A stretch of 64,000 nt of DNA from Opitutales bacterium (GCA_965226885.1 CBDDEL010000012.1:288001-352000), one strand, 5' to 3'. Positions 48,320-59,176 are shown, counted from the stretch's first letter. A program made the numbers and translations. The notes: generated by a model from the letters alone, not told the origin.

Positions 48320-49801
48320 CTAGGATTTTTTTTCCGGTGGTTTGAGGGTGGGGAAAAGGATGGTGTCCCGCAGGTTGGCGGCGCCGGTCAAGAGCATGAC
48401 GAGGCGGTCGATGCCCACCCCGATACCCCCCGCCGGCGGCATGCCGTGCTCCAGGGCGAGAAGGAAATCCCGGTCGATATTCTGCTGTTCCTCCCCGGAT
48501 TGGGCGGCAAACATTTTTTGCTGCGCCAGTGGATCGTTTTGCTCAGAGTAGGCGGGGGCGATCTCCTGGCCCCCGATGCAAAGCTCAAAAACATCGATGG
48601 TGGATTCATCCCCTTCGGTTAATTTGGCCAGTGGGCATAGCTCCCGCGGCAGGTGGGTAACAAAGGTGGGCTGAATGAGCTGGGGTTCGATTAATTTTTC
48701 AAAAACATCGTTGGTGATTTCGAACCTCTCCTGGTCGGGATTCGATAAGACCTCCAATGCCTCGCAGCGGGTCAGCATTTCTTCTTTCGAGCGGGAAAAC
48801 CACTGCAGGTCGCCCGTCGCCTCAATGACAAGCTCCTTGTAGGGAACCTCCCGCCATTGACCGCCCAGTTCTATCTTTTGCCCATCGTAGCGCTCAACAA
48901 CCGTGGTCCCAAGGACTTCCCGGCAGATGGCTTGGATCATTTCCCGCACCAATTCCATCATTCCGCGATAATCTGAATAGGCTTGGTAAACCTCCAGCAT
49001 GGTGAACTCCGGGCTATGTTTGCGGGAAATGCCCTCGTTGCGGAAGATCCGCCCGATTTCGTAAACGCGGTCGAATCCGCCCACCAATAGGCGTTTAAGG
49101 TTCAGCTCCAGAGCGATGCGAAGGTAAAAATCGCAATTGAGTGCCTTGAAATTGGTGACGAACGGCTGGGCCGCTGCACCACCAAACTCGGGCTGAAGCA
49201 TGGAGGTTTCCACCTCCAGAAAATCCCGCCCATCAAGAAACCGCCGTATGCAGGAAACAATTTTACTGCGTTTGAGAAAGCGCTCGCGGGATTCCTCATT
49301 GACGATCAGGTCCAGGTAGCGCTGACGATAGATTTGCTCGCTGTCGGTAAGTCCGTGCCATTTTTCGGGCAGGGGCCGGAGAGCCTTGGCCACCAGTTGA
49401 TATCGCTTTACCCGAACCGTGATTTCCCCGGTTTTGGTTTTAAAAAGCGGCCCCTCCACCCCGATAAAATCGCCGATGTCCAGCTTGCGAAAAGCTTTGT
49501 AGGGTTCTTCACCGATTTCGTCCCGGCGGAAATAAAGCTGCACCTTGCCATCGCGATCGTGGATTTTGACAAAGGCCGCCTTGCCCATGAGGCGAAAAAC
49601 AACGATGCGGCCGGCCACCTTGACGGTGGGGCTCTTTTCCTCGTCCTCGGTGTAAAGTGAACGGGCCTGGGCGGAAGTGTGCTCTTGATCCCAATTTGCG
49701 CGAAAAGGATCGAAGCCGCCCTCGCGCATGGCATCGAGTTTATCCAAGCGCACCGCATAAAGATCATGGGTCTGTGGACTATCGGATTTTGGTTTACTCA
49801 T
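48320..49801 (-). CDS. lysS: lysine--tRNA ligase (class II)
   Basis: PLPEKWHGL, RQRYLDL, FRNEG, MPPAGGIGVGIDRL. Confidence 0.96.
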   Translation of the reverse strand: MSKPKSDSPQTHDLYAVRLDKLDAMREGGFDPFRANWDQEHTSAQARSLYTEDEEKSPTVKVAGRIVVFRLMGKAAFVKIHDRDGKVQLYFRRDEIGEEPYKAFRKLDIGDFIGVEGPLFKTKTGEITVRVKRYQLVAKALRPLPEKWHGLTDSEQIYRQRYLDLIVNEESRERFLKRSKIVSCIRRFLDGRDFLEVETSMLQPEFGGAAAQPFVTNFKALNCDFYLRIALELNLKRLLVGGFDRVYEIGRIFRNEGISRKHSPEFTMLEVYQAYSDYRGMMELVREMIQAICREVLGTTVVERYDGQKIELGGQWREVPYKELVIEATGDLQWFSRSKEEMLTRCEALEVLSNPDQERFEITNDVFEKLIEPQLIQPTFVTHLPRELCPLAKLTEGDESTIDVFELCIGGQEIAPAYSEQNDPLAQQKMFAAQSGEEQQNIDRDFLLALEHGMPPAGGIGVGIDRLVMLLTGAANLRDTILFPTLKPPEKKS

Positions 49802-49992
49802 GTTGGTGGAAATAAAAACCGTTTAGCCTGTGTGATGATCCGCCAAGAATCAATGGGAATTTTGAATCCGAAACTAGGTTCCGGGCCATCTATTGGAAGG
49901 ATGATGGATACTGACTCCTGTCTCCTGTTTCTTTTTATTTCAAGATTGCCTCTGAAAATGGAATATCGTCCAATTTTAGAAAGTAACGATTC

Positions 49993-50490
49993 ATGTTTAC
50001 AACCGCCAATTTTGCCCTGTTCCTGGTAATTATTTGTTTCTCCGTGGGACTGCTGGCCTCGTTTTTACCGATTCTGCCCGGTACGGTAATCGCCTGGGCG
50101 GGCATCGTCATACACAAGCTTTGGCTTGGGGATGCCTCCGTTCCCTGGTGGTTCCTGGGCGTCGCCACCGGGCTTGTTTTTTTTGCCCAGGGCCTGGATA
50201 TGGCCTGCACCTACTGGGGGGCGAAAAAGTTCGGCGCGAGCTGGAGGGGCGCCCTGGGCGGAGTGGCCGGGGGTCTCATCGGGGTTTTGATATTCAATTT
50301 GCCGGGTCTCATCATAGGGCCCCTAGTCGGGGTCGTCCTGGCGGAAATCATGGGAGGGCGGAATCTTGCCCAGGCGGGAAGAGCGGGGGTCGGAACCATT
50401 GTCGGCGGCCTGGTGGCATTCGTTCTCAAACTGGGGGTAACCGTTACCCTGATTGCGGGCTTTTTCCTGTTCCTCGCCCAAAACTCCTAG
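49993..50490 (+). CDS. DUF456-family membrane protein
   Basis: LPILPG, GAKKFGAS..G..G, GP..G...AE pattern. Confidence 0.85.
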   Translation: MFTTANFALFLVIICFSVGLLASFLPILPGTVIAWAGIVIHKLWLGDASVPWWFLGVATGLVFFAQGLDMACTYWGAKKFGASWRGALGGVAGGLIGVLIFNLPGLIIGPLVGVVLAEIMGGRNLAQAGRAGVGTIVGGLVAFVLKLGVTVTLIAGFFLFLAQNS

Positions 50491-50570
50491 GCGAAGCTAC
50501 TATTCTGGCTTTTTTAAAACGAATACTGGCTTGCGGTCATTCCGGGAATTCCTTTCATTACCCCGCACGG

Positions 50571-51458
50571 ATGATGCCGAGCAAACGTAATCGAAAACCA
50601 AGCTGGCTGCGGGCTCGCCTGCCTTTCAGCCCTTCCTACCAGCGCGTTCGTCATATTGTTGAGGACAACGACCTGCATACGGTCTGTCAGAGCGCCCATT
50701 GCCCGAACCTGGGCGAGTGCTGGTCGAGGGGAACCGCCACTTTAATGATTCTGGGAAATGTCTGCACACGATCCTGCACTTTTTGCGCTATTCAATCGGG
50801 CAGACCCGAACAACCGGACTTGGGCGAACCGGCCCGGGCAGCCGAGGCAGTGGCCAAAATGGGTTTGCGCCATTGCGTGGTCACTTCCGTGGCCCGGGAC
50901 GACCTGCCGGATGGCGGAGCGGCTTCCTGGGCGGCCACCATCCGGGCCATTCGGTACCGCAATCCCACCACCGCAATCGAGGTGCTCATCCCCGATTTTC
51001 GCGGCCATAAAAACAGCCTCGACACCGTTCTGGAGGCCCATCCGGATATCCTCAATCACAACATGGAAACGGTCCGGCGATTGCAGCGGCCGATTCGCAA
51101 AACCGCCCGCTATGAACGCACTCTGGGGGTTCTCCGCCACGCTCATAAACACGGTTTTGTGACAAAATCCGGCATCATGCTGGGAATTGGAGAACGCCGT
51201 GATGAAATTGGGGAAGTTTTGACGGATTTGCGCGATTCGGGAGTGATGATCATTACCATTGGGCAATATTTGCAGCCTACCCCGGAACATGCGCCGATTG
51301 ATCGCTGGGTCCCGCCGGAGGAATTTGAGGAATGGAAAGAATTCGGCCTCTCCATTGGTTTTGACGTTGTCGAGTCGGGACCTCTGGTGCGATCTTCCTA
51401 TCATGCGGAGGAGCAATCGGAGCAATTCGGTTTGAATAGGGGAGCCGCATCCGCCTGA
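50571..51458 (+). CDS. lipA: lipoyl synthase
   Basis: RKPSWL, CQSAHCPNLGEC, CTRSCTFC, VRSSYHA; true start near 50571, not 50034. Confidence 0.95.
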   Translation: MMPSKRNRKPSWLRARLPFSPSYQRVRHIVEDNDLHTVCQSAHCPNLGECWSRGTATLMILGNVCTRSCTFCAIQSGRPEQPDLGEPARAAEAVAKMGLRHCVVTSVARDDLPDGGAASWAATIRAIRYRNPTTAIEVLIPDFRGHKNSLDTVLEAHPDILNHNMETVRRLQRPIRKTARYERTLGVLRHAHKHGFVTKSGIMLGIGERRDEIGEVLTDLRDSGVMIITIGQYLQPTPEHAPIDRWVPPEEFEEWKEFGLSIGFDVVESGPLVRSSYHAEEQSEQFGLNRGAASA

Positions 51459-51497
51459 AACATTACTCAATTCAATCACCATCAAAGAAAGCGAAAA

Positions 51498-52334
51498 TTG
51501 AAAATTCCACTGGAAGATTATTACGAGGATATTGTCGGCAAGGCTGCCACCGGCCTCCGCTTGGGGAAGCGCGAATTGGCCGAGAAGGCCGGAATCTCGA
51601 CGGAGGCGGTCAATGATGCCATGAACGGCGTTTTTGCTGAGGAGACGGCACGTGCGGTAGCCACGGTTCTCAATCTTGATGCCGACTCGCTGGTGGAGTG
51701 CGGGAAAAAGGCCTGGCATCCCGGGGCGGTGGAAATGATCGGTCTCAGTTCATTCAACACGCCCTTCCCAATCCCTGGTTATGCGGAAATGACGGTAAAT
51801 GCTTATCTGGTCTGGGATCCGGCCTCAAGACAGGCCGCGGCGTTCGATACGGGGGCCGATGCCGTTGGAATTCTCGACAAAATCAAGAAACACGACCTGA
51901 TTTTGATGGGCATTTTTCTGACCCACACCCACGAAGACCATATTGCGGATGTGGACCGTTTATGCCGGGAAACGGGCAGCCCAGTGGTTTATGTGAACCA
52001 GCGGGAACCGCACCGTGGGGCCAATCTGATCGACGAGGACGATCGATTCCAGGTGGGCGTTCTCAGCATGGAAGCCCGTTTGACTCACGGCCATTCACCG
52101 GGCGGCACCACTTTTGTGATTTCCGGTCTGGAGAGAAAAGTAGCCGTGGTTGGAGATTCGCTTTTCGCCAATTCCATGGGGGGCGCCCCCGGTTCTTACC
52201 TGCAAGCTTTGGAAAATAACCGAGAAAAAATTCTATCCCTGCCAGCCAATACGATCATTTGTCCCGGCCACGGCCCCATGACAACCGTCGGCGAGGAAAA
52301 AGCGCACAATCCTTTTCACCCGGAATTTAGGTAA
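51498..52334 (+). CDS. MBL-fold hydrolase with N-terminal HTH-like extension
   Basis: THTHEDH, GHSPGG, GDSLF, PGHG; N-terminal ELAEKAGIS; TTG start. Confidence 0.85.
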   Translation: MKIPLEDYYEDIVGKAATGLRLGKRELAEKAGISTEAVNDAMNGVFAEETARAVATVLNLDADSLVECGKKAWHPGAVEMIGLSSFNTPFPIPGYAEMTVNAYLVWDPASRQAAAFDTGADAVGILDKIKKHDLILMGIFLTHTHEDHIADVDRLCRETGSPVVYVNQREPHRGANLIDEDDRFQVGVLSMEARLTHGHSPGGTTFVISGLERKVAVVGDSLFANSMGGAPGSYLQALENNREKILSLPANTIICPGHGPMTTVGEEKAHNPFHPEFR

Positions 52335-52365
52335 GTAGAAACACATCACGAGACCCTAATAGATT

Positions 52366-53283
52366 ATGGCAAAAAAGAAAAAAGTAGGATTCGTCGGAAC
52401 CGGCCGCATGGGCGCAAATATGGCCCGGCGCCTTAAAGATTGCGGCTACCCCATCAGCGCGGTCTATGATGTCAACCGGGATGTGGCTGAAGCCCTGGCG
52501 GAGGAACTGGGTTGCCTGCACAGCCCAACCTTGGCGGGCGTGACAAAGGCCTCCGAGGTGGTCATCACAGTGGTGACGGATGACGGCGCCATGCGGAAAA
52601 TTTTTAAAGGAAAAAAGGACAACCTCTTGATGGGGGCGGGCCGCCGGGTCTTCATCAATTGCGCCACGGTTTCCCCTAAAATCCATATCGAGATCGAAAA
52701 GGTGGCTGGCCAGGCGCGCGCTTCGACCCTCGAAGGCTGCATGGCTTCCAGCATAACGCAGGCACGCGATGGCACACTCTACCTTATGGTGGGGGGGAAA
52801 AAGAAAACTTTCGAGCGGGTCAGAGGAATCCTCGAAGACCTCAGCTCCAAGATGCGTCATATCGGCCCGGCGGGAAAAGCGGCCGAGGTCAAAGCCTTGG
52901 TCAACATGGTCATGAATATCAATACGGCGGGATTGGCCGAAGGGTTGGGCCTGGGCGCTGCTTTGGGTCTGGACCTGTCTTTGCTGCAGGAAGTTTTTGC
53001 GCAAACGGGCGCCAATTCGCGGGTGCTGGAAACGGATGGCGAAGATATGCAGGTGCGCGATCACGAATGCTATTTTTCGTCCGCCCACGCCGCCAAGGAT
53101 TCCGGCATCGCGGCGGCTTTGGCGCGCAAACACCGTCTCAAACTTCCTCTCAACGATGCCACCAAGGCGCAATACGACCGCATGATTGAGGAAGGGCTGG
53201 GCGAACTCGATAAATCGGGCATTGCCGAGCTTACCTTCAAAGGCCGTCACAAGGCCCGTCGGAGAAAGAAAAAAGCAAAGTAG
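52366..53283 (+). CDS. 3-hydroxyisobutyrate dehydrogenase-family NAD(P)-dependent oxidoreductase
   Basis: GFVGTGRMGANMA, KALVNM, AAKD. Confidence 0.88.
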   Translation: MAKKKKVGFVGTGRMGANMARRLKDCGYPISAVYDVNRDVAEALAEELGCLHSPTLAGVTKASEVVITVVTDDGAMRKIFKGKKDNLLMGAGRRVFINCATVSPKIHIEIEKVAGQARASTLEGCMASSITQARDGTLYLMVGGKKKTFERVRGILEDLSSKMRHIGPAGKAAEVKALVNMVMNINTAGLAEGLGLGAALGLDLSLLQEVFAQTGANSRVLETDGEDMQVRDHECYFSSAHAAKDSGIAAALARKHRLKLPLNDATKAQYDRMIEEGLGELDKSGIAELTFKGRHKARRRKKKAK

Positions 53284-53328
53284 GATTTTTCCTTATTTTA
53301 ATTCGTATTCCACCAACTTCAATATGGT

Positions 53329-54570
53329 ATGAAGATTCGGGCTTTTCAGGGTCTCAGACCGGCCCGGTCCGTGGTGGAAAAAGTCGCCTCGCCCCCCTAC
53401 GACGTGGTCACCGTGGAGGAGGTCCGGGCAATCGTGACGGACAATCCTCTCAGCATGTTGCGGGTCGTTCGGGCCGAGGGCGATTTGGAGGCAGGCATCC
53501 AACCCTACTCGGACCGCGTTTATAAGCAGGCGGTGGAAAATCTCCTCAAATTGCAGTCGAAGGGACATTTGATCCGGGAAACCGAACCTTCCCTCTACCT
53601 CTACCAGTTGGAAACGGGCCAACACCGGCAGAGGGGAGTGGCCGCCCTCTGCCACCTGGAAGATTATGAAAATGGCCTGATTAAACTTCACGAAGGCACT
53701 CGCAAAGAGAAGGAGGATGACCGCACACGTCTGACCAGCGAATTGAGCGCCAACCCTGGGCCAGTATTTCTGACCTATCGCGACGATGCCATTATCGATT
53801 CGCTGGTTGAGGAAATTTCGCAAAAAGAGCCGTTGTATGATTTCACAGTTTCCGACGGCGTCCGACACACCCTTTGGAAGATCCCGTCCAGGGAACCCCT
53901 CGTGGAAGCCTTCCATGAGACACCCTGTTTTTATGTGGCGGACGGGCATCACCGTAGCGCCAGCGCCGCCCGGGTGGCTAAGGAAAGGCGCTCCGCCAAC
54001 CCGAATCCAACCGGCAATGAGGACTACAACTGGTTCCTTTGTGTGCTTTTTCCAGCCTCTCAATTAAAGATTTTGGCTTACAATCGCGTTGTCAGCGACT
54101 TGAACGGCCAGAATTCCTGTGAATTTCTGGAAAATGTGCGGGCCGCGTTGCCGGTTGCAGAAGATGTTTCCCCCACCCCCGAAGACCCCGGTGAAGTGAG
54201 CATGTATCTGGACGGCCGATGGCATTGCCTCAAGCTGGCTGCCGATCCCGACAGCGGGCCGGTGGAACGGCTCGATATCAGCGTATTACAAGAAAAAGTG
54301 TTTCGCCCTATTTTAGGCATCGAAAATCAGAAAACAAGCGAGCGGATTGAATTCGTAGGCGGCATCCGCGGTCCCGATGACCTGAAAAAGAGGGTCGATA
54401 GCGGCCGGGGAATGGTCGCATTTTCCCTTTATCCGGTGACCATTGAGCAGCTCCTGGAAATTGCCGATTCCGGCCGCAACATGCCGCCCAAATCAACCTG
54501 GTTTGAGCCCAAACTGCGCTCCGGCCTCTTTATCCACACCTTCGAGCCTCAGGCTGGGCATGGACCCTAA
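53329..54570 (+). CDS. DUF1015-family protein
   Basis: PPYDV, HE, ADGHHR, MPPKSTWFEPKLRSGL. Confidence 0.9.
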   Translation: MKIRAFQGLRPARSVVEKVASPPYDVVTVEEVRAIVTDNPLSMLRVVRAEGDLEAGIQPYSDRVYKQAVENLLKLQSKGHLIRETEPSLYLYQLETGQHRQRGVAALCHLEDYENGLIKLHEGTRKEKEDDRTRLTSELSANPGPVFLTYRDDAIIDSLVEEISQKEPLYDFTVSDGVRHTLWKIPSREPLVEAFHETPCFYVADGHHRSASAARVAKERRSANPNPTGNEDYNWFLCVLFPASQLKILAYNRVVSDLNGQNSCEFLENVRAALPVAEDVSPTPEDPGEVSMYLDGRWHCLKLAADPDSGPVERLDISVLQEKVFRPILGIENQKTSERIEFVGGIRGPDDLKKRVDSGRGMVAFSLYPVTIEQLLEIADSGRNMPPKSTWFEPKLRSGLFIHTFEPQAGHGP

Positions 54571-54584
54571 AGACTTTTATCGAA

Positions 54585-54830
54585 TCAGCGTCGGCGGCTG
54601 AATTTGCTGCGGAATTTCTCCACCCGGCCAGCCGTATCGACGAAGCGTTTCTCTCCCGTATATGCCGGATGGGAGTCACTGGTGACGTCCCGCACCACGA
54701 TGTAATAATCCACACCGTCAATGGTTTCCGTCTTTTTCGACTTCATGGCGGCGCGGGTGAGAAACCTCTTGTTGGTGGATACGTCCACGAAACAAACAGG
54801 ATACAACTGCGGATGGAGGCCTTTTTTCAT
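54585..54830 (-). CDS. rpmE2: 50S ribosomal protein L31, type B
   Basis: MKKGLHPQLYPVCFVDVS...DVTSDSHPAYTG...VDTAGRVEKF; no zinc CxxC pairs. Confidence 0.92.
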   Translation of the reverse strand: MKKGLHPQLYPVCFVDVSTNKRFLTRAAMKSKKTETIDGVDYYIVVRDVTSDSHPAYTGEKRFVDTAGRVEKFRSKFSRRR

Positions 54831-54850
54831 TTTTAAACAAAGCAGACTTT

Positions 54851-54976
54851 TCAGCCCTGGCGGGCTTTGAAGCGGGGATTGGTTTTGCAAATGACATAAA
54901 TCCGGCCCTTGCGGCGCACCACCTGGCAATCCGGATGCCGGTTTTTCAATGTCTTTATGGAGGATACAACTTTCAT
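54851..54976 (-). CDS. rpmJ: 50S ribosomal protein L36, type B (missing from ORF track)
   Basis: Manual translation [41 protein letters not shown]. Confidence 0.95.
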   Translation of the reverse strand: MKVVSSIKTLKNRHPDCQVVRRKGRIYVICKTNPRFKARQG

Positions 54977-55106
54977 ATAAGGGAAAAGGGAAAATTTAAA
55001 GTGAGCCGCGCAGAAAAAGCAAAATCAGCGCCCGTGTCAATGGTAATTCATAAAATTCGACTTCAATGGATGCGACATAAATTTAAGTAATTTTTGATAA
55101 TGAAAT

Positions 55107-56264
55107 TCAAATCCCGCTGAGATTGTGCAGGATATCGATCAAGGGAAGGAAGAGAGCTATGATGAGAGCGCCTATGACGAGGGCCAATAATAGAATCATG
55201 AGGGGTTCCAGGAGCGAGGTGAGAGCGGTGATTGTGTGATCGACCTCTTCGTCATAACTGTCGGCTATGCGTAATAGCATAGGATCGAGTTGACCGGTTT
55301 CCTCTCCCACTTCCACCAACCCGGTAACCAGGTCCGGAAAAACACCGCTACGCCGGAGGGGCCCGGTCAATCCCTCGCCGTCGCGGACTTGTAATGCGAC
55401 ATTGCCGAGCGCTTTCTCGATATGGTTGTTGCCGACCACCTTGCGGGTAATTTCGAGTGCCGCCAGAATGGCTACGCCGCTGGATAAAAGTACGCCGAAG
55501 GTGCGGGCAAACCGGGCAATGGAAATCTTCAGCAATAGGTCCCCGATTTTCGGCAAACCGAGATAAATTCGATCAATGAAAAGCGCCCCCGGCCTGGTTC
55601 TGCGCACCCATCGGTAAAAAAGGCCCAATAGGACAATCCCTGCAATGACGACCCACCACCGGTCTTTGGCCAATAGACTCAAATCGATGACAAACTGTGT
55701 GAGAGGCGGCAGGGGCGCTCCGCCATGCAGGCCGTCGAAAACAGCTCGAAAATTCGGGATGACAAACACCAAAAGCATTCCCACGATGATCCCCGCCGTG
55801 AGAAGAACGATGATTGGATAATAAAGGGCGGCGGCTATCTTTTTGCGGGTTTGTAGGTTTTTTTCCCTGTAACGGGCAAGGCGCAGCAAAATGAGGTCCA
55901 ACGCTCCACTGGTTTCTCCGGCGCGAACCATGTTGACGGTAAGCTGGTCAAAAATTTCCGGAAATCGGGATAATCCGTAGGAAAGAGTATTTCCGCCCCG
56001 GATATTATCCGCCAGGGAGCGAATTACATGGTGAAAATATTTGCTTTTTTCCTGGCGCAGGAGGATTTCGAGGGCTTTCAAAAGCGGCAACCCCGAATTG
56101 ATCATCGTGGCGAGTTGCCGAATGAAAACTGTCAACTTAGTAGAAGGGACAGACCGATTCCACCAATGGCACCCGGACGGAATAATAACTTCGTACGTAG
56201 AAGGTTTTGGGTCCTCTTCCGGTGGCCACTTTTGGTGTGCGGTATCCATGTTGGGTTGGCCCAT
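55107..56264 (-). CDS. type IV pilus/T2SS platform protein (PilC/GspF)
   Basis: FIRQLATMINSGLPL, AGETSG, FARTFGVLLSSGV, GEETG, LLEP. Confidence 0.92.
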   Translation of the reverse strand: MGQPNMDTAHQKWPPEEDPKPSTYEVIIPSGCHWWNRSVPSTKLTVFIRQLATMINSGLPLLKALEILLRQEKSKYFHHVIRSLADNIRGGNTLSYGLSRFPEIFDQLTVNMVRAGETSGALDLILLRLARYREKNLQTRKKIAAALYYPIIVLLTAGIIVGMLLVFVIPNFRAVFDGLHGGAPLPPLTQFVIDLSLLAKDRWWVVIAGIVLLGLFYRWVRRTRPGALFIDRIYLGLPKIGDLLLKISIARFARTFGVLLSSGVAILAALEITRKVVGNNHIEKALGNVALQVRDGEGLTGPLRRSGVFPDLVTGLVEVGEETGQLDPMLLRIADSYDEEVDHTITALTSLLEPLMILLLALVIGALIIALFLPLIDILHNLSGI

Positions 56265-57989
56265 TCAAGTATATTTTAAAACCTCTTCAACGGTGGTGAG
56301 GCCTTCGCTGATGGCCCTCAAGCCGTCCTCCCGCAAAGTCTTCATGCCTTCTTGGCGAGCCCTTTTTTCGAGGTCGTGGGCGGAGGTTTTCCGGACCATC
56401 ATTTCCCTCAATGGCTCACTCAGGACAAGCATTTCAAAAAGCGCGATACGTCCCAGGAATCCTTCGCCCCGGCAACTATCGCATCCCGTTCCGGCAAAAA
56501 CCCCGCCATTTTCGCTGGTGACCGTGACCGTGGCTGGGCTCAAGTCAAGTAGCTCCATGAGATCGGGGGGTGGTGTCAGAGGCCGGCGGCAGTTATCGCA
56601 AATCCGCCTCAGCAGGCGCTGGGCGAGGACGGAATCGAGGGTCGCGGCCAGGAGATAGGGTTCCAGCCCCATGTCAACGAGGCGGGTGACGGCCCCCGGT
56701 GCGTTGTTGGTATGCAAGGTGGTGAGCACCAAATGACCGGTTAGGGAAGCCTGCACGGCGATGCTGGCCGTTTCCAGGTCGCGGATTTCCCCCACCAATA
56801 TTTTATCGGGATCGTGCCGCAGGAAAGATCGCAGAGCGCGGGAAAATGTTAGATTGATCTGCGGGTTGACGGCGACTTGCATGATGCCATCGATTTCGTA
56901 TTCGACGGGATCTTCTATGGTCAGGATTTTATTGTCCGGGCTGTTGATTTCACGCAGCACGCTGTAAAGGGTGGTGGTTTTTCCGCAGCCGGTCGGACCG
57001 GTGACAATAAAAAGCCCGTGGGGAAGCCGGGCTATCCGCCGTAGCTGCAAGACCAATGCTGGCGGCAGGTTGAGGCGGTCCAGGTCGAGGCTGACGTTTG
57101 ATTTGTCGAGGATGCGCAAAACGACGCTTTCACCGAAAGGTGTGGGCAATGTGGAGACCCGCAAGTCCACCGGCCGTCCGGCCAGGGTGATGCGTATGCG
57201 CCCATCCTGGGGAATCCTGTTTTCCGCCAAGTTGAGATTGGCCATGACTTTGAGGCGCGCTGTAACCGACTGAACCAGATGCCGGGGTGGTGGAGGCATC
57301 TCGCTCAAGGCGCCATCGACACGGCAACGGATGCGGAATCGATCTTCATAAGGTTCAAAATGTATATCGGAAGCCATCTTCTCGACGGCCTGGGTGAGGA
57401 CAAGCTCGACGAAGCGGATGACAGGAGAATTTTCCGAAATTGCGCTGTCGCCCTCGTCAAGTCCGTTTCTCTGATCAAGGCTCAATGATTCGGATGCGGA
57501 CTCTGATGCCAACTCGGCGAGGATTTCATCCAGAGAAGCCGAATCCTCTTCGCCATCGCCATAAACCAAGCGCAGCCAACGGCTCACGATATCGGGATCG
57601 CAGACCACCATGCGGATATCCTTTTGGAGGGTAAAGGTGAGGTCTTCGACGATTTGGCTGTTAAAGGGATCGCGGGCCGCTAGATGGACCGAAGACCCTT
57701 CCACCCGAAGTGGAACGACCGCATATTTACGCGCTATTTCCGGTTTCAGGAGGCGGCAAACGCTTTCATCGGGCGCCGCCGGGGGGTCGTCTAGATAATC
57801 GCACTGCAAATAACGGGCAATGATTTCCAGTAATCGCTTGCGGCCCATTTTCCCCGACTGGAGAATGACATCGGCCAGTGATTTTCGGGATTGCCTGCTC
57901 TGGCGGACGAATGCTTCCAACTTCTCGGCAGAAAGAAGGTTCGAGGCGAACACTGCATCGTGAATCGAGGCATTATGGTCCTCAAACAT
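56265..57989 (-). CDS. PilB/GspE-family assembly ATPase
   Basis: ASDIHFEP, PQDGRI, GPTGCGKTT, EDPVE, RHDPD..VGEIRD, tetracysteine motif. Confidence 0.93.
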   Translation of the reverse strand: MFEDHNASIHDAVFASNLLSAEKLEAFVRQSRQSRKSLADVILQSGKMGRKRLLEIIARYLQCDYLDDPPAAPDESVCRLLKPEIARKYAVVPLRVEGSSVHLAARDPFNSQIVEDLTFTLQKDIRMVVCDPDIVSRWLRLVYGDGEEDSASLDEILAELASESASESLSLDQRNGLDEGDSAISENSPVIRFVELVLTQAVEKMASDIHFEPYEDRFRIRCRVDGALSEMPPPPRHLVQSVTARLKVMANLNLAENRIPQDGRIRITLAGRPVDLRVSTLPTPFGESVVLRILDKSNVSLDLDRLNLPPALVLQLRRIARLPHGLFIVTGPTGCGKTTTLYSVLREINSPDNKILTIEDPVEYEIDGIMQVAVNPQINLTFSRALRSFLRHDPDKILVGEIRDLETASIAVQASLTGHLVLTTLHTNNAPGAVTRLVDMGLEPYLLAATLDSVLAQRLLRRICDNCRRPLTPPPDLMELLDLSPATVTVTSENGGVFAGTGCDSCRGEGFLGRIALFEMLVLSEPLREMMVRKTSAHDLEKRARQEGMKTLREDGLRAISEGLTTVEEVLKYT

Positions 57990-58031
57990 GCTGTCGGCAG
58001 GGAGGGATTAAACAACTTCTTGAAGAGATAA

Positions 58032-59117
58032 TCAGTCCAATACGGGAAGCTCGGCTCCAGCCGCCAAGAGGCTTTCTTTCATGGTCGCGGAATCTTGGGC
58101 TTTTTCGAGGGCTTCCTCGGCGTAGATTAAATCCCGATTGACCAGACTCATGAGATGGGCATCGAGGGAGATCATGCCCAAACCCGCTCCGGTCTGGATA
58201 TCGGATGGAATGCGGTAGGTCTTATTTTCCCGTATGAGGGCCTGGATGGAGGTGGTGGCAATCATGATTTCGTAACCGGCAATGCGCCCCTCGCCGACTT
58301 TCTTGCAAAGCACCTGGGAAATAACGGCCACAATACCGGCGGCCAGCTGGGTTCGAATCTGGTCTTTGGAATTGGCCGGGAAGGCATCGACAATGCGATC
58401 AACCGTGCGGGCTGCGCCGGTGGTATGCAAGGTGCCGAAGACCAGGTGGCCCGTTTCCGCTGCGCTGACGGCTGCCTCAATGGTTTCCAGGTCACGCATT
58501 TCCCCCACCAGAATGACGTCCGGATCCTGGCGCAACGCGCCGTGGATGGCACCAGAGAAGGATTGTACATCGATCCCTACCTCCCTTTGCGTAACGATGC
58601 ATCTTTTGTGATCATGGTAATACTCGATCGGTTCCTCAATAGTGATAATATGGCCATCGCGGTTTTCATTGATCCAGTTGATCATGGAAGCAAGAGTCGT
58701 CGATTTGCCAGAACCGGTCGGACCGGTGACCAGGAAGAGGCCTCGAGGCCGGCAGAGCAGTTCCTTTATTTTCTCAGGCAGCCCGACCTCGCGCAAACCG
58801 AACATTTTGTTGGGAATTTGCCGCAGTACTATGCCGTAATTGCCTTTCGATTTGAGAACGCTGACGCGGAACCTGGCCTTGCCCATAAAAGCGAAGCCGA
58901 AGTCGGTTCCACCTACGGTTTTTGCTTTCTCCTGGTGGGCTTCGGAGGCAATCGACTTCATCAGGTCCTCGGTGTCGATAGGCTCCAGTTTCGGACCGTC
59001 AACAGGCGTCATGGTGCCTGACAATCGCAATGTAGGGGGCTGCCCCACCTGTATGTGCAAATCGGATGCGCCCGAATCCACCATTAAATCCAACAATTCA
59101 TTCATTTCATAGCTCAT
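58032..59117 (-). CDS. pilT: type IV pilus retraction ATPase
   Basis: [39 protein letters not shown] (AIRNLIRE-like). Confidence 0.92.
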   Translation of the reverse strand: MSYEMNELLDLMVDSGASDLHIQVGQPPTLRLSGTMTPVDGPKLEPIDTEDLMKSIASEAHQEKAKTVGGTDFGFAFMGKARFRVSVLKSKGNYGIVLRQIPNKMFGLREVGLPEKIKELLCRPRGLFLVTGPTGSGKSTTLASMINWINENRDGHIITIEEPIEYYHDHKRCIVTQREVGIDVQSFSGAIHGALRQDPDVILVGEMRDLETIEAAVSAAETGHLVFGTLHTTGAARTVDRIVDAFPANSKDQIRTQLAAGIVAVISQVLCKKVGEGRIAGYEIMIATTSIQALIRENKTYRIPSDIQTGAGLGMISLDAHLMSLVNRDLIYAEEALEKAQDSATMKESLLAAGAELPVLD

Positions 59118-59176
59118 GGTGTCTCCTCCAATTAAAGTTTCGCTACAGGTTTAAATGTCGAAGGTTGGATGCGGAG

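Noticed and set aside
50034..50570. N-terminal extensions in the ORF track for lipA (50034), TIGR03790 (18764), hemA (42959), rpmE (54929) and ygfK (35627)
   Set aside because: They overlap upstream genes or leaders; family homology begins at the downstream ATGs used here
55096..55114. Fur/Zur-like box (GATAATGAAATTCAAATC) upstream of rpmJ-rpmE
   Set aside because: Only a partial match, poor palindrome, in AT-rich sequence overlapping the pilC stop
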